Shown here: positions 46,153 to 55,631 of the stretch, piece by piece
Numbering within the stretch: the first letter of the stretch is position 1
Layout: the number at the start of each line of letters is the position of its first letter
The notes under the pieces: model-generated
The model's input: only the letters and a program-made list of their open reading frames with translations
Database searches by the model: none
What the model was told of the DNA's origin: nothing
Program-made: the position numbers and the translations under genes
Source of the DNA: an uncultured Pelagibacteraceae bacterium
GTDB lineage: Bacteria > Pseudomonadota > Alphaproteobacteria > Pelagibacterales > Pelagibacteraceae
Direction: 5' to 3'
Length of the DNA stretch: 64,000 nucleotides
NCBI GenBank assembly: GCA_902510635.1
Contig: CABXCB010000001.1
Location: forward strand, 5,399 to 69,398

Positions 46153-46765
46153 TTTTAATTTTATTAATATTTTCTAAAAAAATTTTTATTTTTGAAATGT
46201 CCTTCTCTCCTGAAGTTTCTAGGCTTCCAGAGATGTCAATAATATCTGTTATTTTAGAATATTTATCAAGCTTATCATTATACTGTATATTGCCTGCAAG
46301 CATTTTATATGCTGAAGTAGATACATTATTTAGTAACTGATGGTCAAATCCAAATGATTTTTCATATCCTTTGCTATCAAATAAAATTATTTCAGAAAAG
46401 TGTTCATATTCTTTATACATCTCTACATCTTTTTTACTATCTATTGTAAGAGCAGTAATAATTTTTACTTTATATTTTTCTTTTATAGTTTTAGTTTTTT
46501 CTGGGCTTACATCATATAATTGATAATAATCGAAATTTAAATCTTTTATCTTTTCTAAAGTTTCATTTTCTGGATTTACAAGAACTGAAACAAAATTTGT
46601 TTTTTTTTTGTCTATATTAATTAATTTTTTAAGATTATTAAATTCAATGAACCTTCCTGATTTTCTGTAATCAGTTATGAAGCCAATAAATTTAGGTGGA
46701 TTATCATGATTTATGATATAATTTAGAGTTTTAGAGTCTTTAATTCCACAAATTTTTGCATCCAT
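46142..46765 (-). CDS. trpF: Phosphoribosylanthranilate isomerase
   Basis: KICGI, IGF, LFDS, LAG, DISGSLE..G.KD. Confidence 0.9.
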   Translation of the reverse strand: MDAKICGIKDSKTLNYIINHDNPPKFIGFITDYRKSGRFIEFNNLKKLINIDKKKTNFVSVLVNPENETLEKIKDLNFDYYQLYDVSPEKTKTIKEKYKVKIITALTIDSKKDVEMYKEYEHFSEIILFDSKGYEKSFGFDHQLLNNVSTSAYKMLAGNIQYNDKLDKYSKITDIIDISGSLETSGEKDISKIKIFLENINKIKNEN

Positions 46766-47439
46766 TATTTGTTAAGATGATCTATTAATTTTTCTAAATT
46801 TTTTTTAATATTTCCTTTTGTAACTGATCTGCCAATTACAAGCCAATCACTTCCATTTTCAAAAGCGTCATATGGTCTTGTCACTCTTTTTTGATCATCG
46901 ACTTTATTATCTAGTCTTATGCCAGGAGTTATTATTTCTTTTTTAAAAATTTTCCTAATTTTTTTAACTTCTTGAGCACCACAAACTAAACCATCCAAAT
47001 TTGCTTTTTTTGCAAGTTTTGCTTGGTGAACTACCAAACTTTTAAGTTTCATTTTATAACCAATTTCTTTGAGATTTTTATTATTTAAAGAAGTTAGTGT
47101 AGTTACCCCTACTATTTTAATTTTACCAGATATTTTTTTAACTGCCCTTAAAGCTTCAATACCGGAGCTAATGTGTATAGTTAAATAATTTATATTTAAA
47201 TCTTTTATAGCATTGATGGTGGAAGCACATGTGTTTGGAATATCATTAAGTTTTAGATCAGCAAATATTATTTTATTTCTTATTTTAGATATAAATAGTC
47301 TTCCATTTTTTGAATTTAAAAATTCTAACCCAAACTTATAACCAATTTTTAATTTTTTTGTGTTAGTAAGTTTGATTATTTTTTTTGCTATGGCAATTTT
47401 ATTTGTATCACAAGCTACGAAAATTTTATTATTTTTCAT
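46765..47439 (-). CDS. pyrF: Orotidine 5'-phosphate decarboxylase
   Basis: VACD, KFGLE, DLKLNDIPNT, VTTLTS, TPGIR, DDQKRV, VIGRS. Confidence 0.96.
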   Translation of the reverse strand: MKNNKIFVACDTNKIAIAKKIIKLTNTKKLKIGYKFGLEFLNSKNGRLFISKIRNKIIFADLKLNDIPNTCASTINAIKDLNINYLTIHISSGIEALRAVKKISGKIKIVGVTTLTSLNNKNLKEIGYKMKLKSLVVHQAKLAKKANLDGLVCGAQEVKKIRKIFKKEIITPGIRLDNKVDDQKRVTRPYDAFENGSDWLVIGRSVTKGNIKKNLEKLIDHLNK

Positions 47440-47716
47440 TTATTTTTTTTGACCACTCTTTTGACATTCTAAATAATAAAGTTTTTTTTTCTGGAGTATC
47501 CACTTTTTGATTAGTTCTTGGATTTCTAGAAATTCTAGCTTTTTGTAATCTAGGTCTTAAAGAGAATGCTCCACGAAATTCAACTGATTCATTTCTTTTT
47601 AAAGATCCTTGAATCTCAAATAATAGTATGTCTACTAAACGTGTTAAATCAGAGCGAATAAAGCCTGGATATGCATCTGCTAGTTTTTTGATTAAGTCTG
47701 ATTTAGCGACTGGCAA
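47429..47716 (-). CDS. ihfB: Integration host factor beta / HU-family DNA-binding protein
   Basis: KSDLI, VEFRG, RNPRT; downstream of rpsA. Confidence 0.8.
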   Translation of the reverse strand: MPVAKSDLIKKLADAYPGFIRSDLTRLVDILLFEIQGSLKRNESVEFRGAFSLRPRLQKARISRNPRTNQKVDTPEKKTLLFRMSKEWSKKINEK

Positions 47717-47724
47717 TATTTTAT

Positions 47725-49452
47725 TTATTCAGAATTTTTCTTTTTATCTATTTTATCAGAAAGTGATGCAAATGGAAGTGATTTACCTGATCCTGAATCC
47801 CCATATTTTTCTAATGCATCAGCATTTAATTTTTCATCCAATGCTCTTATAGATAGTGAAATCAATTTTTTACTTTTCTTTTCTAGAAGACAGTCAATCC
47901 TATCACCCTGAGTCCATCTTCCAGGTCTCTGGTCTGAGGGTGAAATTGCCAATTGAGATTTTTTTATAAATGTCTCAATTTCACACCCCTCGGGTTTAAC
48001 TGATAAGCCTTTGTTTTCTATTGATACAACTTTGCAAGTTAATACATCTCCCTCTTTATAATTATCATAGAATTTAAATGGATCTTTTGAAATAGCTTCT
48101 CTTAAGCTAACTCTTATTTTTTGATTCTCAGGATCAATTTCTAAAATTTTTAATTTCTCTAATTTATCACCCTTCTTAAATTTTTTAATTTCTTCTTCTG
48201 GATTAGATAAATATGAAAGATCATTTGAATGTAAGAAAGCTTCAATTAAATATTTTTCAAGCTTAACAAATAAAGCATAATCATTTGTGCCAACTATTTC
48301 TCCACTTAATAATGAGCCAATTTCTATTTCTTTTTTAAATTTTTCCCATGGGTTTTCAATAGTTAATTTGTGGCTTACTGCAATTCTACGTTTTTCTAAA
48401 TCAATATCTGTGATTCTTATCTTGATTTTATCGTTAACCTTCGCAAATGTTTTTGGATTAATATTTTTTTTTAAATATGAAATTTCAGATTGATGACATA
48501 GAGCAGACAACCCACTTTTTAGTTCAACAAAAATTCCATAATCTAATATTTTTTTAACAATTCCAATATAATCTTTTCCAACAACAAATTCTGCCATATT
48601 ATCAAACGGATCAGGCGAAAGTGCTTTAATAGAAGTTGAAATTTGCATTTTTTCTATATCAATTGCAATTATCTTAAGTCGATATTTTTTACCTACTTCA
48701 AGAATTTCATCAGCTGAATTTATTCTTGAATAACTTAGCTCTTGTAAGTGAGTTAAAGTATCTAGTTCCCCACCATTGACCTCAAAAAATGCTCCAAAAG
48801 AAGTTATACTTTTGCATACACAGTCTTCTAAAACATCACCGACTTTATATTTTCCTATTATTTTTGCTCTATCTTCTTTTTTACTTATTGAAACAATTTG
48901 TCTTCTTGAAACACAGGCGTTACCTCTAATTTTATCCAGTTTAATAATAGCTAGTTTCATTGGTTCATTCATTAAATGAGAAATATCTTTTAAAGGTTTT
49001 TCACTAATTTGACTTCCGGGCATAAAAAGTAATGAACCACTATCAATATGTTCGCAAACTACCCCACCTTTACATTTTGAAACAATTTTACCAGTTATTG
49101 GTTCATTTTTTTCATAAGCTTTTTCTAGTTGATTCCAACCTTTAATTTTTTGAGCTTTTGTAGCTGAAACAATTACTTCACCATTTTTATCTTCTATTTT
49201 TTCAAGAAGAACAGGGATTTTTGAACCCTCGCTTATTTTATCGACAATATTTAAAGTTTTTAATTCATTTACATCAAGAATAGGCTCAGATTTCAAACCA
49301 TCAACAAATAGAAAAATATATTTATTTGTTATTTTTGTTACTGTACCATCAATGACTTTGCCTTCTTCTATTTTGGTCTTTGATAATTGTGAATTTAATA
49401 GGTTTTCAAACTCTTTTGATTCTTGAGAATTTAGTTCTTTATAAATTTCCAT
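47725..49452 (-). CDS. rpsA: 30S ribosomal protein S1
   Basis: Repeated S1 domains (FMPGSQI, FGAFFE, YGIFVEL, YALFV); ATG at 49452. Confidence 0.94.
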   Translation of the reverse strand: MEIYKELNSQESKEFENLLNSQLSKTKIEEGKVIDGTVTKITNKYIFLFVDGLKSEPILDVNELKTLNIVDKISEGSKIPVLLEKIEDKNGEVIVSATKAQKIKGWNQLEKAYEKNEPITGKIVSKCKGGVVCEHIDSGSLLFMPGSQISEKPLKDISHLMNEPMKLAIIKLDKIRGNACVSRRQIVSISKKEDRAKIIGKYKVGDVLEDCVCKSITSFGAFFEVNGGELDTLTHLQELSYSRINSADEILEVGKKYRLKIIAIDIEKMQISTSIKALSPDPFDNMAEFVVGKDYIGIVKKILDYGIFVELKSGLSALCHQSEISYLKKNINPKTFAKVNDKIKIRITDIDLEKRRIAVSHKLTIENPWEKFKKEIEIGSLLSGEIVGTNDYALFVKLEKYLIEAFLHSNDLSYLSNPEEEIKKFKKGDKLEKLKILEIDPENQKIRVSLREAISKDPFKFYDNYKEGDVLTCKVVSIENKGLSVKPEGCEIETFIKKSQLAISPSDQRPGRWTQGDRIDCLLEKKSKKLISLSIRALDEKLNADALEKYGDSGSGKSLPFASLSDKIDKKKNSE

Positions 49453-49660
49453 CAAATATTTAATTTTTTATCCTTAATTACTTTTATTTTTCTAAAGCAC
49501 GCTTTCTTACTTAATTTGGTGGTATTAATCAAGATTGAATCTTTTGTTTTGTAGTAATTTTAAGAGTTTTTTAGGGATTTCCAGGTTGGAACCGTCTCTT
49601 TTCATGAGTTTTTGAGTATTTTTTATAATTAATTTTTTTTTAGATTTTTGTATTAATTAG
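49452..49660 (-). pseudogene. cmk: Remnant of cytidylate kinase (cmk) 3' end
   Basis: Minus-strand stretch KTKDSILINTTKLSKKACFRKIK...NI* resembles the Cmk C-terminal D..IDTT.LS motif; stop overlaps rpsA ATG (TGATG); in-frame stop upstream and a KRD fragment in another frame; canonical aroA-cmk-rpsA slot. Confidence 0.72.
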
Positions 49661-49668
49661 ATCTTTTT

Positions 49669-50997
49669 TTAACTTATCTTTGCTCCAAGATTATTTAAAA
49701 TATTTAAAAATTTAGGAAATGAAGTTTTGATGGAGTTTTTATCATGTATCTTCCATTCTCCACCTAGTGTTAAAGCTGCAATTGTGCTCATCATAAATAT
49801 TCGATGGTCTTTTAAAAAATGTTTAACGTCATATTTTCCTTTTAAGTTTAGTTTTGGATTTCCGTAGACTTTAATATTATCTTTTTTTCTTATTGTTTTA
49901 ATTCCAATCATTTTTAAAAATCTTATTGCTATATCGAGCCTTTTTGACTCTTTTTTATTAAGCTCACCAAGTTTTTTGAATGTAGAAACTCCCTTTGCTT
50001 TAGCTGCAATTAAACATATGATAAGGATAAGTTCATCTATTGCAGAACTATTTAGAGCTGATGGACAATTAATTGATTTAAAATTATTTATACTTTTAAC
50101 ATAAATATCTGCTATTTCTTCTCCTTTATATAATCTTTTATTTTTTAGATTAATTTTTGCATTCATCATATTAAGAATTTTTATTATTCCAAGTCTAGTT
50201 TTATTTACATTCACTTTTTTAATTAGTAATTTTGATTTTTTTGCAAGTAGAGTTAAAACGATAAAAAATGATGCTGAACTTATATCTCCTGGCACATCAT
50301 AATTAAATCCTTTAAATTGATTTAAACCTTTAATTTGAATAATATCATAATTACTTTTAGATTTAACTTTTATAGGAAGTTTTAAATTCTTTAATAATAA
50401 CTCAGTATGATTTCTTGATTTTTTTGCCTTTATAACTGTAGTACCTGGTGTGTTTAGTGCACAAAAAATTATACTTGTCTTTATTTGTGCGCTTCCTTTA
50501 TTCTCTAAAAAATTTTTTGGTCTTAAAAAATTCGATCCTTGTATTTGAACTGGCAAAAAGCCATTTTTAGATTTAATTTTTAATCCAAAATTTTTTAGAG
50601 GTTCAGTTACTCTTGAAAAATCTCTTTTAGATAAACTTTTATCACCAACTATTTTGATTTTATTTTTTATTTTTGCACAAATCCCTATTATACAACGAGC
50701 AAGTGTTCCTGAGTTTCCTGCGTTAACAATTGTGTTTTTTTTAGGATTGTACCCATTTAATCCAAGACCTCTAATTTCATATATATTTTTTATTTTTTTA
50801 TAATCTATACCTAGTTTTTTTATTGCTTTTAAAGAATTTAAAACATCTTCAGATTCTAAAAGGTTAGATATTCTGGAAATTCCTGCAGCAATAGAAGCCA
50901 ATAAAACACATCTAATAGATATACTTTTATCAGAAGTTACTTCAATTTTTTTTTTATAAGAATTAATTTTACTATTTATAAAAATATGATTAGGCAT
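49669..50997 (-). CDS. aroA: 3-phosphoshikimate 1-carboxyvinyltransferase
   Basis: DKSISIR, GNSGT, SAQIK, RNHTE, PGDISSA, IDE, KES.RL, DHRI. Confidence 0.94.
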   Translation of the reverse strand: MPNHIFINSKINSYKKKIEVTSDKSISIRCVLLASIAAGISRISNLLESEDVLNSLKAIKKLGIDYKKIKNIYEIRGLGLNGYNPKKNTIVNAGNSGTLARCIIGICAKIKNKIKIVGDKSLSKRDFSRVTEPLKNFGLKIKSKNGFLPVQIQGSNFLRPKNFLENKGSAQIKTSIIFCALNTPGTTVIKAKKSRNHTELLLKNLKLPIKVKSKSNYDIIQIKGLNQFKGFNYDVPGDISSASFFIVLTLLAKKSKLLIKKVNVNKTRLGIIKILNMMNAKINLKNKRLYKGEEIADIYVKSINNFKSINCPSALNSSAIDELILIICLIAAKAKGVSTFKKLGELNKKESKRLDIAIRFLKMIGIKTIRKKDNIKVYGNPKLNLKGKYDVKHFLKDHRIFMMSTIAALTLGGEWKIHDKNSIKTSFPKFLNILNNLGAKIS

Positions 50998-51003
50998 TAA
51001 AAA

Positions 51004-51783
51004 CTAATTTATTTTGAATGAGTCACCAAAGTAAACATTTTTTGCGTTTATATCATTTAATAGCTCAGAGGGAGTTCCTTCTGCAACAATTTTCTTATTT
51101 GCCAAAATAATTGCTCTATCACTTATTGCTAATAAATCACGTGCTGCATGATCTGAAATTATACATGATCTTTTTATATCTTCAGTTTGCAAGTTTACAA
51201 TTGTTTCTTGAAGGTCCCTTGTAGACATGATGTCGAGACCTTGAAAAGGTTCATCCATCAGTATTATTTTTGGATCAGACATTAAAGACATTGCAATACT
51301 TACTTTTTTTCTTTGACCTCCAGATAAATATTTTGCTTTTATATTTTTAACTGGGTCTAATTCAAATTTTGAAATCATTTTTTCAATTTTGAAAATTCTT
51401 TCATTTTTTTTTTTAATAACAATTTCACTTATAGCTTTTAAATTTTCTAAACTAGTTAAGTTTGAAAAGACACCACCAGATTGTGGAACTACACTTAAAC
51501 TAAAGTCAATTGCTCTTTTATAAATTGGTAGGTTGGTAACATCTGTGTCATTAATAAATACATTTCCATAATTTGGTTTTATGAGACCAAGAATAATATT
51601 AAATAAAGTTGATTTACCAACACCATTAGGCCCTAGCAAACCACAAATTTCACCTTCCCTAATATTTAAAGAAATATCATCTAAAATTTGTCTTTTATGA
51701 AAGGATAAAGAAACTTTTTTTAATCTAATTTTGTTAACTTCTTTTTTAAAAGTAGTTATTCTAAATTTTTTAATTATTCCCAT
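51004..51783 (-). CDS. lptB: LPS export ABC transporter ATP-binding protein
   Basis: GLLGPNGVGKST, LSGGQRK, MDEPF, SDH, VYFGDSF; downstream of kdsD-lptC. Confidence 0.9.
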   Translation of the reverse strand: MGIIKKFRITTFKKEVNKIRLKKVSLSFHKRQILDDISLNIREGEICGLLGPNGVGKSTLFNIILGLIKPNYGNVFINDTDVTNLPIYKRAIDFSLSVVPQSGGVFSNLTSLENLKAISEIVIKKKNERIFKIEKMISKFELDPVKNIKAKYLSGGQRKKVSIAMSLMSDPKIILMDEPFQGLDIMSTRDLQETIVNLQTEDIKRSCIISDHAARDLLAISDRAIILANKKIVAEGTPSELLNDINAKNVYFGDSFKIN

Positions 51784-51786
51784 TGT

Positions 51787-52386
51787 TTACTTTTGTAAAA
51801 TTTTTATTTTTTCCTTTTTATTAAACATTTTTATTGCTATATCTCCTTTGATTATATCAAATTCAATCTCATCAGCAGTTGATTCAATTTTATTATCAAA
51901 ATATTTAATATTATTATATATTATAGCTTTATTATTTTTAAATAATAAATCTAAATTATCTGAGTAAAATTTTTTTTCCTCATAAAGACCCAATACATTT
52001 TGATAAAATTCAGTGTCAAATGAACTAGAGTTGTATTTTGCATAGTCTGATTTTATTATAATTTCTGATTTGTCTTTTACTTTTATTTTCCCCACCACAT
52101 TTTTTAAAATTAAGATATTTACATCCTCTTCACTTTCTTCTCCAAATTCAGCATTTAAATTAAAATGATTTCCATTACTATCAACTGTAGAATAATTTAA
52201 GTTTTGAATAAAATTCTTTTTATTTTTATTTGAGCTATCACTAGTTTCTTCAAATAATTCCTGCTCACTCTCTGAAATTTCAATAATTTGACTTTTGTTT
52301 AGATAAAAAGTGTTTTTTAAAAATAAAAACAAAAATATAATAATTGTAAAAAAAATAATTAACTGAAGTATTGTTTTTGTATTCAT
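51787..52386 (-). CDS. lptC: LPS export periplasmic protein LptC-like
   Basis: N-terminal TM anchor plus beta-rich domain; between kdsD and lptB. Confidence 0.7.
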   Translation of the reverse strand: MNTKTILQLIIFFTIIIFLFLFLKNTFYLNKSQIIEISESEQELFEETSDSSNKNKKNFIQNLNYSTVDSNGNHFNLNAEFGEESEEDVNILILKNVVGKIKVKDKSEIIIKSDYAKYNSSSFDTEFYQNVLGLYEEKKFYSDNLDLLFKNNKAIIYNNIKYFDNKIESTADEIEFDIIKGDIAIKMFNKKEKIKILQK

Positions 52387-53367
52387 TCACTGAATATTTG
52401 AGTTTAATATACTGTGAATGTTTAAAATTCCAATTGTTTTATTTATGTTTTTTTGATTATGAACGCATAGACAAGTAATTTTTTTTGAATTCATTATCGA
52501 TAAAGCTTGAGCTGCTAAAACATCTTTTTTAATACTTATAGGATTTGACGTCATAACTTTTTTTGCAACTAATTTTTTAAAATCAGTATTTTTATCCTTT
52601 ATTCTTTTAATATCTCCGTCTGAGATAATTCCTACTGTTTTATTTTTTTTATCTCTAACAATTATTACACCAATATTTGACTTCCTCATTATTTTAAGAG
52701 CATTATTCATATCTAAGTTTTGACTTATAAAAGGTATCTTTTTATTTTTAATCATTAAATCTTCAGCAGTTTTTAATTTTGCACCTAAACTTCCACTTGG
52801 ATGAAATTTTTTAAAATCTAGTTTTCCAAATTTTCTATAATTCATAGTTGCAATAGCTAAAGCATCACCAATACTAAGTTGAATTATTGTTGATGATGTT
52901 GGAACAATATTGCCTGGTCCAGCCTCTATAACATTTGGAATAAGTAGTTTTAGGTCTGAAGATTTATATAAAAGAGAATTTTTTTTTGAAACTATTCCAA
53001 TTAAAGTTATTTTTTTATTTCTATTAGCATATTGAATAATATTTTTTAATTCTGAACTTTCACCGCTAAAACTTATTAAAATCAGAACATCGTTTGAACT
53101 AATTTTACCTAGATCTCCATGAGAGCATGAAGATGCATCGACATAAAATGATGGAATACCTACAGAAGCTAAAGTTGAAGATATTTTTTTTCCAATAATT
53201 CCTGATTTTCCAATTCCAGAAATTACAACTTTACCACTCTTGCAATTAATTATAGCTTCTACTACTTTATTGAAAGATTGATTAAGGCTTGACTTTAATT
53301 TTTGCAAAGATTTTATTTCTGTATCTATTACTTCTTTGGCAACAGGTATAAAATTTTTTTTTTTCAT
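52387..53367 (-). CDS. kdsD: Arabinose-5-phosphate isomerase (KpsF/GutQ; SIS + CBS)
   Basis: GIGKSG, HGDLG, SFSGES, PTSST, GDALA, FHPSGSLG; CBS pair. Confidence 0.93.
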   Translation of the reverse strand: MKKKNFIPVAKEVIDTEIKSLQKLKSSLNQSFNKVVEAIINCKSGKVVISGIGKSGIIGKKISSTLASVGIPSFYVDASSCSHGDLGKISSNDVLILISFSGESSELKNIIQYANRNKKITLIGIVSKKNSLLYKSSDLKLLIPNVIEAGPGNIVPTSSTIIQLSIGDALAIATMNYRKFGKLDFKKFHPSGSLGAKLKTAEDLMIKNKKIPFISQNLDMNNALKIMRKSNIGVIIVRDKKNKTVGIISDGDIKRIKDKNTDFKKLVAKKVMTSNPISIKKDVLAAQALSIMNSKKITCLCVHNQKNINKTIGILNIHSILNSNIQ

Positions 53368-53376
53368 TCTATTTAT

Positions 53377-53994
53377 TTAATGTTCAAATATTGTTGTTTT
53401 AAATCCAGATATTTCCATATCCACAATAACAGGTATAACCTTCATACATTTTTCAAAAAGTTCAAATCTTTTTTCCCTAATTAACATTTTGCTTAGTTTT
53501 TCTTTTATATCAAATAAGTATTCAGTATCTTGTGCCGCATAACTAATTTGTTTTGTAGTAAGATTTGGGTTTCCCCAGTCACTTTGTTGTTCTTTTTTTG
53601 AAATATCTTTACCACACAATTCTTTAACTAAATCTTTATAACCATGCATAGAAGAAGCAGTTCTAGCTAATTTTGAAGCAACTTTCGTACAAAAAATATT
53701 TTTTGGCTCTACTTTTAAGTGATACTTTAACCATAATAGATCTTGTCTTGCATAGTGCATTATAAATTGGGTTGAATTGTTTGATAAAGCTTTTATTAAG
53801 TTTGGTGCTTCATATGTTTTTCTGTTTAATTTAATTAAGTAGAATTGTTTTGATTCAAGACCTAATTGAACTAAAGTTAGAGGATCTCTTCCCAAAACTA
53901 ATCCAAGAGCTTCATTGTCAATCCCTATTACCTTTTCGTTGGATAAGTCAATTTCTGATGGCAAATCATTTTCAAAAATTTTGATGTTGTTCAT
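53377..53994 (-). CDS. rnd: Ribonuclease D-like 3'-5' exonuclease
   Basis: IDNE, HYARQD, FCTKVASKLART, ISKKEQQSDWG, YAAQD. Confidence 0.88.
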   Translation of the reverse strand: MNNIKIFENDLPSEIDLSNEKVIGIDNEALGLVLGRDPLTLVQLGLESKQFYLIKLNRKTYEAPNLIKALSNNSTQFIMHYARQDLLWLKYHLKVEPKNIFCTKVASKLARTASSMHGYKDLVKELCGKDISKKEQQSDWGNPNLTTKQISYAAQDTEYLFDIKEKLSKMLIREKRFELFEKCMKVIPVIVDMEISGFKTTIFEH

Positions 53995-54069
53995 TTTAAA
54001 TTTATATATATGTTATTCTTTTTTATTTTATATATATAAAGACATAACAATAATGTCTATTTTTTGATT

Positions 54070-55005
54070 ATGAAAAAAGTATTGATCTTTGGTGGTTCAG
54101 GCCAAATTGGGCGTCATTTAATAAGAAGGTTAACAAAAACAAATCATTTAGTTACAGTGGTTACCAGAAATTTACACCAAAAAGGAATAATACTAAAAAC
54201 ACAGGGTAATCCTGGATATGTGGAAGTAGTAGAAGCAAATATTTTTAAAGAGGATGAATTAGATCATTTATTTGAAAATAAAGATATATGTATAAATCTT
54301 GTTGGAATACTTTTTGAAAAAAATAACAATACCTTTAAAAATATTCATATTAACTTTCCATCAATGATTTCGCAAAAATGTGAAAAATATAAAATAAAAA
54401 AATTAATTCATGTATCAGCTTTAGGCATTGAAAAAGCTTTGGATAGTAAATATGCAATAAGTAAACTAGAGGGAGAAAAAAAAATTATAAATAATTTCTC
54501 AAACTTTACAATTCTAAGACCTTCGGTAGTTTTTTCAGTTGATGATAATTTTACAACTAATTTAATGACACTTTTAAGTTTATTACCTATATTTCCTTTA
54601 TACTATAGTGGTGAGACTAAATTTTGTCCAATACACGTTACTGATTTTTGTAAAATTATTTCAAAAATAATAGAGGAAAATATTTCTACTAAAATTATTG
54701 AATGTGTTGGTCCAGAAGAAATTTCATTTAAAGAAATAATTAAAAAATTATTAATATCAATTGATAAAAAAAGAATATTAATTCCATTTCCATTATTAAT
54801 TGCTAACATTATGGCTTTCTTTTTTGAAAAATTTCCTAGACCATTAATTACCAGGGACCAACTAAAACTTTTAAAATATGATAATGTTCTTTCTGGAGTG
54901 AATAAATCAAATATTGATATAGATCTTGTTGCAAAACTTAAATTTGATGATGAGATATTAAAATATTCTTACATGTGGAAAAAGGGTGGAGAATATTCTA
55001 AATAA
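54070..55005 (+). CDS. NDUFA9-like NAD(P)-dependent epimerase/dehydratase
   Basis: FGGSGQIG, INLVGIL, HVSALG, YAISKLEGE, LRPS. Confidence 0.88.
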   Translation: MKKVLIFGGSGQIGRHLIRRLTKTNHLVTVVTRNLHQKGIILKTQGNPGYVEVVEANIFKEDELDHLFENKDICINLVGILFEKNNNTFKNIHINFPSMISQKCEKYKIKKLIHVSALGIEKALDSKYAISKLEGEKKIINNFSNFTILRPSVVFSVDDNFTTNLMTLLSLLPIFPLYYSGETKFCPIHVTDFCKIISKIIEENISTKIIECVGPEEISFKEIIKKLLISIDKKRILIPFPLLIANIMAFFFEKFPRPLITRDQLKLLKYDNVLSGVNKSNIDIDLVAKLKFDDEILKYSYMWKKGGEYSK

Positions 55006-55012
55006 ATATTAT

Positions 55013-55501
55013 TTAAGCCGACTTAGTTTTTTTTTCTATAAACTGAGGAATTTCATCCTCATTTGACAAATCTTCTTTTTTATTTCTTGGCTGAAAAACA
55101 ACGATTAAATGTAAAGGACAGTAAGAAAATTTTTCAACTGTTTTTCTTCCACAAAAAGACGATGAAATTTCATTAGGATGACCTTCCATATACTTACATG
55201 TTTTTTCAGTAAGTTCTTCTAAACTTAAATTTTTTGAAGGTTCAAAATTTTTATCCAGTAGAAGTGTTCTGAATTTCGATTTTCTACTTTTTCTTTGAAG
55301 GCTTTTATCATCGAAGTTTTTCTGTTTTATGTAATTAGTTTTGGTTCTTTTAATTATTTTTGTAGATAGGTTTAATCTATGAGCCTTACCTATTACTGCA
55401 TTTCTACTAACACCACCTAATACCATGGCTATTTGACTAGCGGTACTACCTTTGCCCCAAAGCTCTTTTAATTTTTCAACCTTTTCTTCTGTCCAGCTCA
55501 T
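55013..55501 (-). CDS. gcrA: Cell-cycle regulator GcrA
   Basis: MSWTEEKVEKLKELW.KG.TASQIA..LGGVSRNAVIGKAHRL; C-terminal C...FCG...YC..H. Confidence 0.95.
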   Translation of the reverse strand: MSWTEEKVEKLKELWGKGSTASQIAMVLGGVSRNAVIGKAHRLNLSTKIIKRTKTNYIKQKNFDDKSLQRKSRKSKFRTLLLDKNFEPSKNLSLEELTEKTCKYMEGHPNEISSSFCGRKTVEKFSYCPLHLIVVFQPRNKKEDLSNEDEIPQFIEKKTKSA

Positions 55502-55506
55502 TTATT

Positions 55507-55549
55507 ACTATATATTGTATGTCTTAATATCTTTATAACAATATAAGGT
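55507..55549. promoter_or_regulatory. Tandem NrdR-box-like sites upstream of gcrA
   Basis: aCTATATATTGt (55507-18) and aCAATATAAGGt (55538-49), 31 bp apart. Confidence 0.5.
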
Positions 55550-55631
55550 TACACACATAATTTGTATAAAAACAAGCATTTTTTTTGTTTTTTTAACAAA
55601 ATTTTAAAAAAAAGTTTATGAATACATTCTT

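Noticed and set aside
53995-54069. Possible tRNA between rnd and the NDUFA9-like gene
   Set aside because: No cloverleaf or T-loop sequence; only AT-rich promoter-like DNA
55593-55607. CtrA-box-like TTAA-N7-TTAA upstream of gcrA
   Set aside because: All-AT motif expected often by chance here, lacks the terminal C, and there is no evidence of ctrA in the window
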